Shown here piece by piece: positions 1-12,908 of a stretch of 64,000 nt of DNA. Numbering within the stretch: position 1 is the first letter of the stretch; every line of letters begins with the position of its first letter. Both the position numbers and the translations under genes were made by a program. The DNA comes from Chiloscyllium plagiosum (taxonomy: Eukaryota): positions 29,916,423-29,980,422 of the forward strand of contig NC_057719.1 in the NCBI RefSeq assembly GCF_004010195.1. The letters run 5' to 3'. Below the pieces are notes generated by a model that saw only the letters and a list, made by a program, of their open reading frames with translations, was not told the DNA's origin and searched no databases.

Positions 1-590
1 TTTGAGTTTTCTGCTTCATTGATACAGTTGTCTTTCTTGACTTCCTTTGTTCTAACTTTCCCTTCAATTTCCTTCTTAAACATCCAGTTTGTCCCCTCCC
101 CACCGCTACTTAGTTTAAACGTAGTTGTGTTGCAGTAGCAAACCTGCCTGCCAGAATGCTGGTCCCTAACCTATTAAGTTGCAAACCATCTCTCTTGTAT
201 AATTTATGCTTACCACAAAACATACCCCAGTGATCCAAGAATTTAATCCTTGCTTCCTGCACCAGTTCCCCAGCCACACGTTGAAGTCCATTATCTCCCT
301 GTTTCTGGCCTCTCCAGCCCGAGGAACTGGAAGCAAACCAGAGATAATCACCCTGGACGTCCTGCTTTTCAGCCTTCTTCCTAGTTCTCCAAAGTCCTAC
401 TGTAGTATGTTCCTCCTCTTCTTCCCAACATCATTTGTGCCGACATGTGCTACCACCTCTGGCTCTTCACCTTCGTCCTTGAGGATTTCCTGCACTCTGT
501 CTGTGATGTCTTTAACCCTGGCACCAGGAAGGCAACACACCGTCCTGAAGTCCCGCCTGCTGCCACAAAAACCCCGGTCAGTTCCCACTA
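1..590 (-). mobile_element. CR1 LINE fragment, ORF1 SGNH/esterase region
   Basis: Minus-strand ORFs 397..600 (CCLPGARVKDITDRVQEILKDEGEEPEVVAHVGTNDVGK) and 166..351 resemble the CR1 ORF1 esterase domain; the frame is broken. Confidence 0.8.
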
Positions 591-3014
591 TTAATGTCAA
601 ACTGATAGGTCTTTCGGGGGATGAGAAGATTTAATGTGCAATAATTTTGTCTTGTGAAAACAGTATTATTGCCATTTGCACAAGAAATATTGCAAAGTGC
701 TCTTGACTCTATGCTTACTTAAAAATGTTCTGGGGCTATGTTTTCAATCCAGAGCCTTCTGATTGTGAGATGAGAGGCCTAGCAAAATGAGCAAACTGTT
801 GCAGTTAAATGATTAAATATTATTGAATGCATAATGCCATACTGTATTTTTCTTCGGGTAATGTATCCTCTTGTTAATTAATCCCAGTAACTTCCTGGAC
901 TTCTGACTACTGCGCCAGTTTTTCTGCAATCCTGCTGACATTTCAAGATGATAAATCCCCTAGCAAAATGTTATTACAGTGTTTCTGAAACCCAGTGGGA
1001 TATATTAATATTATCGTGTTTTATTCAAAAAGGAAGCAATGAAGTCCCATTGTTTGCAAATCTTCATCTTGAGAGGGTTAACGGATAAGAGGTTAATGTT
1101 GGCTAGCCCCTTTTACTAAAAATAACTCTCTAGCACAAAGGACCAGTTCTATTTTATTGGCAGCAGAGGTTTTTCATTGGTATAGTGCAGCCTAATGGAA
1201 TAATGAAATAAAGAATGTAAATCACTCTTTCACTGTTAGGAATAGATGGGTTTCACTCTGTAAGTGGTTTGGCATTTGAAGAATACATAACTAAAAATTT
1301 AATACAGGAATCAAATTGTATTGCCACAGTTTTATACCTTTAATATTCTAACTGAATCAGACATGTAAAAATAGAAACCAGGTTGTCTGTATGTGATGTT
1401 CTGTGACTAAACATAAGGTTTGGAGACAGTACATAATTAGAAGAATAATCAGCTTAGCGTTCCAAAGATACTAACCATATAACAACAGAAATTAAGTGCA
1501 ACTGAACCTTAATTGCAATTATGTTTGCAAGTGCTTGAATTCAATTCAGTAGTTATAATTTTCACAAATTTTTAGTTTAATGAACTACAGTAACTGAATT
1601 TTATTGAGAATGTTCAGTGCAGAGTAGAATTAGCTGAGTGTGCAAGTCTGATATTTGCCTTTGAGTGAGGAGACCAGTGGACGTTGGTGAAGTTGTGGGA
1701 GATAACAAACAGTTGGTCTGCCAGCACCTTTCAAGAAATTGTACATTTCAGAATGGAAATTGAGTTTGTCTGTGCTGGGAACCTTACGAGCAAGACCTCT
1801 AACCCATAAGCGAACAGTGAATTGAGTTTTAGACAATGCAACAAGACAATTAAAATTTTAAAAGCCACTGTCAGGCAGTAACTGTTAGTTTGCAAATTAG
1901 CTTTTTATCTTTAATTGGAATTTTATTATTTCTATTATTACTTGCACTTCAAATCAGTAACTTATAATAAGTCATTTTTCTTACATTTTATTAAGATACT
2001 GCATTTTAATTTTCGACTGAGATTGATATCCTTCAATGACAGTTGTTGCAGCATAATGTGTCACAGTCTTAAAATTAAAATTTATTCATATATGAATGAA
2101 ATAAGGAAATATATTTTCACAAAGGGTAGGAGAAATTCATGCTTCTCAGAACTTATTTAGGCTGGAGCAATTTAAAATTTCTATGTGAAGATTGACTGGT
2201 TTTTATCTGTGAAGTTATTAATAGATATGGATCAAACACGGGTCAGTGGAGGTGAGGTAGAAATCAAATGTGATCTAATTGAATGGTATAACAGCCTCAA
2301 GGGATTAATAGATTTATTCCTGCTTCCTAGATCTCTAAATTAGGTCAGTATTGGGAACAGAATTAAGTATAAGGCATTCCTAATCTTAAAATGAGAAAGC
2401 ATTATTGTAAAATTGATGTTACCATGATTCATAAATGCAAGAATATGAAAAATACAGGTCTCAGGCAAGATCTAGAAAGCACATCTTTAGAGTCTCCAAC
2501 TGGAGAAGCAAAGCTACAGTTATGGTCCACATTACAAGATGGAACATTTCAGTACAGTTTGGGAGGAACAAAAAAGCCACTGGGAACAATACACATTTGC
2601 AAAAGTCAAATCATATCTTCTGTGAATTGAATGAGTCACTGAAAGCTGTGGAAGTCATTTGATTTTTAGGGCATTGTTTTGAAATCTTTAAATTGAGTAC
2701 TCTCATCTTTCAGTCCTGTGGGTTAGTAGTCTTAAAATTCATTCTGAGTTGAATGGTTTGCAAATTATCTGGCTGTTCTTGTGTTTTGAAAATTTCCTTC
2801 AAAACAACATTGGAGTATCCATGATAATTAAAATATCTATCGCATTCACATAAATTACAATGTTTCTCATCAACTAGGTTAACCAACTACTTTGATTCCA
2901 TTGCTTGTAAATTGTTAGCTCAGCATTATTTATGAGGAACCTGGCTTAGATTTTTATCAGCGGGAGTAGGTTTCTGTTTCTCAACAAGCTAACCCATCTG
3001 GTTCTAGAGATTGA

Positions 3015-3131
3015 AAACAAAAAAATGCTGACGATCACAGTGGGTCAGAGCTGATGAAGTGTTATCCAAACTCGAAATGTTAGTATCCTCTCTCTCCATG
3101 GATGCTGCCTGACCCGCTGTGATTCCAGCAT
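3015..3131. mobile_element. Degenerate fold-back Penelope-like element with decayed hammerhead motif
   Basis: Inverted arms atgctg..gatcacagtgggtcag / ctgacccgctgtgattccagcat around CTGATGA (3051-3057) and GAAA (3074-3077); stem II is not pairable. Confidence 0.55.
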
Positions 3132-6100
3132 AGAGTCATAGAGATGTACAGCACGGAAACAGACCCTTTGGTCCAACTTGTCCATGCCGACCAGATATTC
3201 CAACGCAATCTAGTCCCATCTGCCAGCACCTGACCCATATCCCTCCAAACCTATTCATAAACCCATTCAGATGCCTGTTAAATGTTGCAATTGTACCAGC
3301 CTCCACCACATCCTCTGGCAGGTCATTCTATACACATACCACCCTCTGCATGAAAAAGGTGCTGCTTAAGTCTCTTTTATATCTTTCCCCTCTCACCCTA
3401 AACCTATGCCCTCTAGTTCTGGACTCCCCGACCCCAGGGAAAAGACTTTATCCTATCCATGACCCTCACGATTTGATAAGGTCACCCCTCAGCCTTCAAT
3501 GCTCCAGGGAAAACAGCCCCAGCATATTCAACCTCTCCCTATAGCTCAAATCCTCCAACCCTGGCAACATCCTTGTAAATCTTTTCTGAACCCTTTCAAG
3601 TTTCACAACATCTTTCTGATAGGATGGAGACCAGAACTGCATGCAATATTCCAACAGTGGCCTAACCACTGTCCTGTACAGGCACAACATGACCTCCCAA
3701 CTCTTGTACTCAATATTCTGACCAATAAAGGAAAGCGCATCAGATGCCTTCTTCACTACCCTATCTATCTGTGACTCTACTTTCAAGGAGCTGTGAAACT
3801 CTACTCCAAGGTCTCTTTGTTCAGCAACACTTTCAAGGACCTTACCATTAAGTGTATAAGTCCTGCTAAGATTTGCATTCCCAAAACGCAGCACCTCTGT
3901 ATCCAGATAGCTAGTTCTCCCTATATTCCATGAGATCTAACCTTGCTATCCAGTCTCCCATGGGGAACCTTGTCGAACGCCTTTCTGAAGTTCATATAAA
4001 TCACATCCACAGCTCTGCCCTCATCAGTCCTCTTTGTTACTTCTTCAAAAAACTCAATCGTTTATGAGACATGATTTCCCATGCACAAAGCCATATTGAC
4101 TATCCCTAATCAGTCCTTGCCTTTTCAAATACATGTGCATCCTGTCCCTCAGGATTCTCGCCAACAAACTGCACACCACCGACATCAGGCTCACTGGTCT
4201 ATAGTTCCCTGGCTTGTCCTTACCACCTTTCTTAAACAGTGGCACCACGTTAGCCAACCTCCAGTCTTCCAGCACCTCATCTGTGACTATCGATAATACA
4301 AATATCTCAGCTCACTTCTGTAGCTTCCCACAGAGTTCTATGGTACACCTGGTCAGGTCCTGGGGATGTATGCACCTTTATATATTTCAAGACATCCAGC
4401 ACTTCCTCCTCTGTAACATGGACATTTTTCAAGATGTCACCATCCCTTTCCCTACATTCTATATCTTCCATGTCCTTTTCCACAGTAAATTCTGATGCAA
4501 AGTACTCATTTAGTATCTCCCCCATCTCCTGCAACTCCACACAAAGGTTGTCTTGCTGATCTTTGAGGGGCCCTATTCTCTCCCTAGTTACCCTTTTTTC
4601 CTTAATTTGTAAAAACCTTTTGGCTTCTCCTTAATTCTATTTGTTAAAGCTATCTCATGTCCCCTTTTTGCCCTCCTGATTTCCCTCCTAAGTATACTTC
4701 TACTGCCTTTATACTCTTCTAAGGATTCACTCAATCTATCCTGTCTACCCCTGACATATGCTTCCTTCTTTTTCTTCACCAAACCCTCAATTTCTTTAGT
4801 CATCCAGCATTCACTATACCTACCAGCCTTTCCTTTCACCCTAACAGGAATATACTTTCTCGGGATTCTTGTTATCCCATTTCTGAAGACTTCGTATTTT
4901 CCAGCCGTCTCTTTACCTGTGAATATCTGCCTCAGTCAGCTTTTGAAAGTTCTTGCCTAATACTGGCAAAATTGGACTTTTCTCCAATTTAGAACTTCAA
5001 CTTTTAGGTCTGGTAAAACCTTCTCCATCACTATTTAAAAACTAATAAAATTATGGTCGCTGGCCCCAAAGTGCTCACCTACTGACACCTCAGTCACCTG
5101 CCCTGCTTATTTCCCAAGAGTAGGTCAAGTTTTGCATCTTCTCTAGTAGGTACATCCACATACTGAATCAGAAAATTTTCTTGTATGCACTTAACAAGTT
5201 TCTCTCCATCTAAACCCTTAACACTCTGGCAGTCCAAGTCTATGTTTGGAAAGTCAAAATCCCCTACCATAACCACCCTACTATTCTTGCAGATAACTGA
5301 GATCGCCTTACAAATTTGTTTCTCAATTTTCCTCTGACAATTTGGGGGTCTATAATACAAGCCCAATAAGGTGATCATCCCTTTCTTATTTCTCAGTTCA
5401 ACTCAAATGACAACCCAAATATCCTCCCTCAGTACAGCTGTAATGCTATCCTTTATCAAAAACGCCACTCCCCCTCCTTTCTTGCCTCCCTTTCTGTCCT
5501 TCCTGTAGTATTTGTATCCTGGAACATTAAGCTACCAGTCCAGTCCATCCCCGAGCCATTTTTCTGTAATTGCTATGATATGCCAGTCCTGTGTTCCTAA
5601 TCATGCCCTGAGTTCATCTGCTTTCCCTGTTCGGCCCCTTGCATTGAAATAAATGCAGTTTAGTTTATCAATCCTACCTTATTCTTTGCTTTGTCCCTAC
5701 TTGCCCTGACTGTTTGACTCACTTCTGTTCTCAACTTACCAGTCTCAGATTGATCTCTTTCCTCACTATTCCCCTGCATCCCCCCCCCCCCCAATCCCCA
5801 CCTTAGTAGTTTAAATCCTCCCGAGCAGCTTTAGCAAATCTCCCTGCCAGTATATTAGTCCCCTTCTAATTCAGGTGTAATCCGTCTTTCTTGTACAGGT
5901 CACTTCTACCCCAAAATAACTTTCAATGATCCAAAAATATGAATCCTTCTCCCGTACATCAGCTCCTCAGCCATGCGTTCATCTGCTCTATCCTCCTCTT
6001 CCTGCCCTCACTCGCTCGTAGCATCAGGAGTAATCCAGTGTTACTACTCTTGAGGACCTCCTTTTTAAATTCCTGCCTAACTCTCTCTATTCTCCCTTCA

Positions 6101-6830
6101 GAATCTTGACCTTTTCCCTTCCTATGTCGTTGGTTCCAATGTGTATAATGATCTCATGCTAACCTTTTTCCCCCTTGAGAACATTCTGCACCTTCTCTGA
6201 GACATCCTTGATCCTGGCATCAGGGAAGCAATGCGCCATTGTGATTTTTCATAGCTGGCAACAGAAATGTCTGTCTGTACCTTGGACTAGAGAGTCCTCT
6301 AACAAAATTGATCTCTTGGAACTCGACGTACCCCTCTCTGCATTAGAGCCAGTCTCAATACCAGGGACTTGGCTGTTCGTGCTACATTCCCCTGAGAATC
6401 CATCCTCCCCTACATTTTCCAAAATAGCATACTTGTATGAAATGGGGATAGCCACAGAAGACTCTGCACTACCTGCCTACTTCTCTTACCTTCCCTAGAG
6501 TTAATCCACCTATATGACTGTATCTGCGACTTTTCTCCCTTCCTATTGCAATCCCTTGATCTTGTAAATTCCTCGTTCCATCTGTCTCTCCAACCAACCC
6601 GTTTGATCTGATAGGATTCACAACCAATGGCATTTATTGCAAATATAATCCTCAGTAACATGTAAACTCTCCCTAAAGTCCCACATCCGACAAGAAGAGC
6701 ATATCACTCTACTAAAGGTCATTTTTGCTTCTTTCAATCTATAGACCCTGAAATTAGCTCTGTCTTATTCCTCTACAAACACTGCTCCAGCGATACATGA
6801 ATTCAAACAGCAAAGGCAGTAGCTGTGCAG
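3132..6830 (-). mobile_element. Near full-length decayed CR1 LINE (HER1-like): ORF1, APE endonuclease, RT with internal deletion, 3' UTR
   Basis: Minus-strand ORF fragments YYRPPN..VMVGDFDFP (APE), WRLANVVPLFKKGGKDKPGNYRPVSL and RPLLEYCMQFWSP (ORF2), ORF1 remnant 6249..6455, CR1-type 3' tail at 3132; many stops and frameshifts. Confidence 0.9.
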
Positions 6831-6857
6831 GTTCACTGCTGTGCAATTAGCAATGTG

Positions 6858-6859
<2 letters not shown>

Positions 6860-6892
<33 letters not shown>
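6860..6892. repeat. (TC)n microsatellite
   Basis: Perfect dinucleotide run. Confidence 0.95.
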
Positions 6893-6897
<5 letters not shown>

Positions 6898-8829
6898 ATG
6901 ATGTTGCTCTGACTTTTTTTCCTCCAAAAGTTCCAAACAATGCAACAGCATATAAAACAGTAATTGCTGTTCCTGGAATTCGAGGAAATGACCTCCAAAA
7001 CCTAAAATACCTCAAAAAAGGAGCAGCCTGTGACAGCCAGAAATTTTTCCTCTCCTCCACCTTCGATTATCTGCTGTAATTTGCTTCAACATTGGTTTAA
7101 GAGATTCATACGCCACTGATTACAATTTTTCTCGCAGGAATGCTTCAATAAAAACTCAACAAACATTTCAAAAATGTCTCCTATATCATTCAGGTTACAT
7201 TTCTTAATCTCTAGTAAGACACTTAAATGACCTCGTTTGTACATATAACTATGAATTATGCAGAATAAGTAAACAATGGATTAATGTTAAAAGCACATAG
7301 CCTATTTTTAGAGATAGAAGCCTTGCAAATTATGTCAAATTTTTGTGAGAAGGGAATTGATCTTATTAGTGCAAAAGAAGCCACTGACATGATAGGAAGT
7401 GATGAACAAGATACCGCTATCTTGATTCAGAAGTCTGTGACAATTCCATAAAAAGTTCCTTACATTTAAAGAGAACAGATGGGTATTACTGTTAATAGAA
7501 AAATATGCATGGCATTTATTGGACACATTGTAGGTCATAAGGCATATGATGCAATATGGATGCAATACTTGAGGATGTATGTAACAAGCAAGGTAGTAGA
7601 AATGCAAATGGCAGGGCTAATCATACTATGGGCCAGGACTTCTAAGATGGCAAAGTTTTCCAGTTTACTACCCGAAGAGTCAGTGGAGAATGTATCACCA
7701 CTGGTACTGGCTACCCTGCAGCTATTTAAGATTAAACTGAAAGCATTGCTAGAAACTGTAATAGGTGGGGCTGGGACTATAGGTCCCAGAGTCCAAGACC
7801 AGATAATGGTGGGAATCTCTGAGTAGGGAGCTGATGTGAGGCACATGGGGCATGCAGAATGGATGGGGTGTTGTTGGTGAATGAGGATGGCTGGGACTTG
7901 AAGGAGAGATCACCCATTGAGGACAGACCTTGTTGGTGGGAGGGGCTGAGGGGGTGGTGATGTTGAAAGCAGGCCTTTGATGAAGCCCCACCCACTACTC
8001 TCCCAACCACATCAAAGCTAATCGCCTCAAAACCAAAATGTGAATGTATCATCCACCCACCATCACCACGATTGTCCCAAGCTCTTCATGTTAAGTGATT
8101 TGGAATTTTGAAACCTAGCCAAATATGATAATGGGCTAAACTGGAATAGCAGCCCTTGATGAGTTTAAGCAATTAACTCCTTTGAAATTCTAGGAACAAA
8201 TGACATAGGTCATCTGGTTAAGTTAGGAAAAACTGTCAATCAAAGCAGACCAGCAGCATTTTTATTAAACTCTAACTGACATCAACAGGTTAGTGTTCAC
8301 ATATTATCAGAGTGCTAGGATTTTAAAACACATTAGACCAAGAAATTTAAATGCACCTTATTTAATCTTCACAACCATCTGTGTCTCCTCCATAATTTAA
8401 TAATTTCTAAACTATGAAGCCAAAGATGTAGTCTCTTTGAATTCAACACTATTTTCAAAAGACACTGCTAAATGTAAGTGCCTGTTGATGTCCTATCCAC
8501 TTCTTTCTCCCAATGTAATTGAGAGAATCTGATCATAAGGCTCTGAAAATTCTTGAGATTTCTCCCAAGTTTGGCCTCACTTTTGTTCCTTTTGATCAGG
8601 TATGTAGCATTCCTTACGCAGGAACAAATGCTGCATCTTGAAATATTCTTCTGAAGCACAAAGCAATGATTCAATTAAAATTGTTATGAGTTCCAAAAGC
8701 AAATTGGGGGTGTGTAAAGTCTTTGCATGTGCAAGGAAAGTTAAATCGAAATAGATAAAAAGATAAAACAATTTAGGCATAAAACAACCAAGTAGTACCA
8801 ATTATTAAATGTATTTGGTTTTAAGGTGG

Positions 8830-10210
8830 AGTCCAAATGCCCAAAGATGGATTTAGCAGTCTTGGAAGTAATTTGCAAGGTGGTTGATTGGTTAGCCAGC
8901 AGTTCAGGAATAGTAGACAGTTTCTCCTCTTTAAAATTTAGAACTAGCTCTGTACCCTCATCAAACTACAGCAGTACAAATAAACCACTGGCACCTGTCC
9001 ATAAAGTGGAAAATTGCCGAGGTATCTCTTGTCCACAAAAAGCAAGATAGATCCAACCCAACAAATTACCATCCCAGCAATCCACTCTTGCTCATCAGCA
9101 TTGTGATGGCAGGGATTGTTTACGTGATATTAAGTGGCACTTGCAAAGGAATAACCTGCTCACTGATACTCTGTTTGAGTATTGTTATGGACCAGGCCAG
9201 ACCTCCTCAAAACGTTTCAAGAAGGCAGCCTCGATACTAGCCTTTCAAGCTGTTTTATGCAGGTGTGATTTGGATATTCCATGAGTGATGCAATTGGCCC
9301 AACTAGACAGTTTTAAACAAAACATAATTTATTTACAGAGTACTGAATGAAACATAAACACAAAAAACAGAATACAAAACAACCTAACCTATCTGAAAAC
9401 CCAACAGACTGTTCCAACTTAATGATGCAGTTCCAAAGCCTGCAGGCATAGGTTCTTACAGGAGAGAGAGATGGCAGATAGATTAAGCATGGAACCTCCT
9501 TACACTCTAGCAATTTCTTTGGATTCCCCAGCTTAAGCTGACCAGAGCTCTGAACAGCCAGGGTGCTAACAACCAAAACAAACCAGAGAAAAGCTGAGCT
9601 GGGAGAACTGGTCCCTCCCCTTTATTGTACAACTTTTAAAAAAATACTTACAAGCTTCTTCATGTCGATTAAACCCAGACATCTCTGAATCCATGACTTT
9701 ATGACTACTCTTTAAAAAAACAAGGACAACATAACCTTGTAAAAGGAGCAACATCGTCACAGTACCATCATCTCCACTGAACTCCTGACACCATTACAGC
9801 CTTGGTTCAAACATGATGTGAGGTTAGAGTGACCACCATTGACATTAATACATCATTCAACTAAGTATGGCATCAAGGAACCTGATTAAAACTGGTCTCA
9901 ATTGGAATTGAGGGGATAACTCTCCACTGGTTGGACTCCCACTTAATACAATCGAAGATTGTTATGGTTGTTGGAAGTTGGTTATCTCAGTCCCAGGATG
10001 TGGCTGCAGAGGTTTCTCAGGTTTCCTAGGCCCCACCATCCTTAGCCACTTCTGTTAATCCTGAGAAGTGGAGATGTTTGATGATTGCACAATATACAGC
10101 ACCATTTATGATTAGTCATACTGAAGCAGTCTGTGTCTAAGTGCAGTCCACTTGGACTGACAAGTGCAAAGTAACTTTAGTGCCCACAAGTGCCAAGTGA
10201 TGACCATTTA
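8830..10210 (+). mobile_element. Old L2-like LINE RT fragment, interrupted by a solo LTR
   Basis: Degenerate RT-like sequence (cattacagccttggttcaaacatg; gtatggcatcaagga; gatgattgcac). Reverse-complement matches occur at 39930-41260 and 51000-51300. Confidence 0.5.
9183..9761 (-). mobile_element. Solo LTR of the Gmr1-like Gypsy family present at 53126-59882
   Basis: Both ends are reverse complements of the 53126-53745 LTR ends (tgttatggaccaggccagacctcc ... ccttgtaaaaggagcaacatcgtcaca); TG..CA termini; 4-bp flanks gtat / gtac. Confidence 0.88.
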
Positions 10211-10918
10211 ACAGTCTGCTAAACCCATCTCTTGAATTAAGCAAAAAAAACTTTTGAGATTTGAAAGGATTTTATTTTACATGTACAGTTTAGCATGAAC
10301 TTCAATTTCCAACTTTTCCTTCCGTATCTTTTTCCTCTTCAGAGCGTCCCTACCCTCCCAAATTGGCATAGACGTTGGCTTTTAAATGCAAAGTGAATTG
10401 TGTGTCGCCTGCTCTCAGTCAGCTCTGGAATTGTTTTGTCTTAACCTTAAAGGACCTACATTTATAACATTGCAACACATCTGTGATGGAGTTTTCCCAC
10501 TTGCCTGGATGAGTATAGCTTCAACAACATTGAAAAAGCATGACACCATCTGAGACAAGGCAACCATTAATGAACCTTCCTGGTACTGCTAAATCCAACT
10601 AATAATTAACATACTTTAGTAACTTCAATAAACCAAGCATCCCATTCCTAATACTTTAAAATAAACCCTAACAACTACTATTTAATTAGGAGAGTTGTGA
10701 AAAGTAAATGTGCTAAATAACTTATTGTCACACTTGTGTTTCTCTGAAGTTCACCTACAAAGAGGATGTTTCTTCCCTCTTGCCACCTCTCACATTTTTA
10801 ACTGCTTGCTAGGTTTTTCCTTTCTCGCTGCTTTTTGTTTTAAATTGTTTTAAGCTATTCAAGGACAAAACTATTACAGTTTGCATGGAGTTAATCTGTT
10901 TGGACTCCACAAAACTGA

Positions 10919-11144
10919 TGGTAATGAGTTCAGCCAGGTGGACTTTGTAGAATGAGTTCCCTGACTGTGGCTTTTAATCTGGCTCAATTAGGAAGCCCTT
11001 GCTGACGAGCAAGAATAAGCATGTCAGACATTCTCTTCACTCTAAGAGCTGACTCTGAGGAAGCTGGATCAGTGTCAAGGACTCTCTATGTGTAAATAAA
11101 GGGTGACTTGGTAACGGGATACTTGTTTCTGTGGAGCTATTTCA
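10919..11144 (+). mobile_element. Probable short solo LTR of a different family
   Basis: About 225 bp, tg...tttca ends, AATAAA at 11095-11100 about 45 nt before the end; resembles a shark LTR repeat from memory; no TSD seen. Confidence 0.4.
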
Positions 11145-12088
11145 CTCCCCTTACCAGTCGTGGCTGCCTTTTTATCCAGCTCTCCCTTCTTCTCTTCCCA
11201 CTGATTTTTGGAGGTGACACTGAAAAGGTCAGCTTGAATTGCTAGGCTTATGGGTGAGCATACAGCTATTATCAGTGACTTTATCATTTATCATTCCACT
11301 TTACCCTGCTGGGCAGTTCTATGAACATCGTTGAATTAAAATGCCATTTTCTTATGTTAGAGTAAGGTATTTTTATTGAGTTAGTTTAATGTATTATACA
11401 AATTAACTTTTCTCTTTTTGGCTTCAAACCATTTATTTTGATTTGTTTCTTTTATTTACATTTTTGATTTCAAATTTCATGTCTTGATTTTTAAGGGTAT
11501 ATGTTAGATTTGAGGCCCAAATCCCATTACAGAACAAAACAATAAATGGATTGTTCAATAAAGAAGAGCTTAAGTACAAAGATAATTATTAATACAGGTT
11601 TATCAATATCCTTGTTTTTAAGATGGAGTCCAAAATTCCAGAGCTGGATTTAGCTCTTTGAAATTTCTTTAGAGGGGAATGAGGCTAGGTGTTGTTGATT
11701 GACTAGCTGGTAGTTAAGGAGTGATGAACTGTTTCTTTTCTTTAGTTTCAAATTTCTTCTGAAGAAAATTGCTAAAATGTAAATTCTCCTTTGCTGTTTT
11801 GATGAAAGAAGGCTGATTAAATACTTAGAAAAGGAGAAATGAGGACTGCAGATGCTGGAGATCAGAGCTGAAAATGTGTTGCTGGAAAAGCGCAGCAAGT
11901 CAGGCAGCATCCAAGAAGCAGGGGAATCGATGTTTCGGGCATGAGCTCTTCTTCAGGAATGAGGAGAGTGTGCCAAGCAGGCTAAGATAAAAGGTAGGGA
12001 GGAGGGACTTGGGGGAGGGGCGTTGGAAATGCGATAGGTGGATGGAGGTTAAGGTGAGGGTGATAGGCCTGAGTGGCACCCTTTCCTC

Positions 12089-12124
12089 ATTCCTGAAGAG
12101 GGGCTCATGCCCGAAACGTCGACT
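12089..12124 (+). ncRNA. Minimal type I hammerhead ribozyme motif (intact core)
   Basis: CUGAAGA 12093-99, stem II GGGC-UCAU-GCCC, GAAA 12113-16, palindromic stem III ACGU, GUC triplet ending 12120; stem I is weak. Confidence 0.75.
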
Positions 12125-12872
12125 CTCCTGCTCCTTGGATGCTGCCCGACCTGCTGCGATTTTCCAGCAACACATTTTCAGCTCCAGTTCTGTGGGATCC
12201 TCCCTGATCTCACTGATTCCTGATAAATCACCAACAATGACTCCACAATTTCCTCAGCTATTCCCTGCTGTAGTCCGTGTGGTCGAGGCAATTTATCCAT
12301 TTTCAGACCTTTTAGCTTCCCCAGACCATTATCCTAAGTGATGGCCACCACCCTCACCTCTGCCCCCGAACTCTCTGTCATGCTGTTGGTATCTTCGATT
12401 CACATTTTCCAGCGATCTAATGTCCACTCTTGCCTGTTCCTTCCTTTGTACACAGTATATCTACAAAAAGCTATTTCCAACCTCCTTTTGTATAACAAGC
12501 TAGCTTACTCTCAGATTTCATCTTCTTCCGTTTATTGATGTTTTAATTATCCTTTGGTGGTTTTCAAAAGCTTCCCAATCCTGTGGCTTCTCAATAATCT
12601 TTACTTTCTATTTGCTTCACCCATAAACATAGACATGTCCACCGAGAAAAACATCAGCATGGAACGTAACGGTGTGTATTTTCAAAAACATATATCTATA
12701 AACGTGAACATTTTTCCTAATCTGCAATCTTCTTCCTGACCTCTCCGCCCCCACCCCCACTCCGGCCTATCACCCTCACCTTAACCTCCTTCCACCTATC
12801 GCATTTCCAATGCCCCTCCCCCAAGTCCCTCCTCCCTACCTTTTATCTTAGCCTGCTTGGCACACTTTCCTC

Positions 12873-12908
12873 TTTTCTGAAGAAGGGCTCATGCCCGAAA
12901 CGTCGATT
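12873..12908 (+). ncRNA. Minimal type I hammerhead ribozyme motif (intact core)
   Basis: CUGAAGA 12877-83, GGGC-UCAU-GCCC, GAAA-CG-UC ending 12904. Confidence 0.72.
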
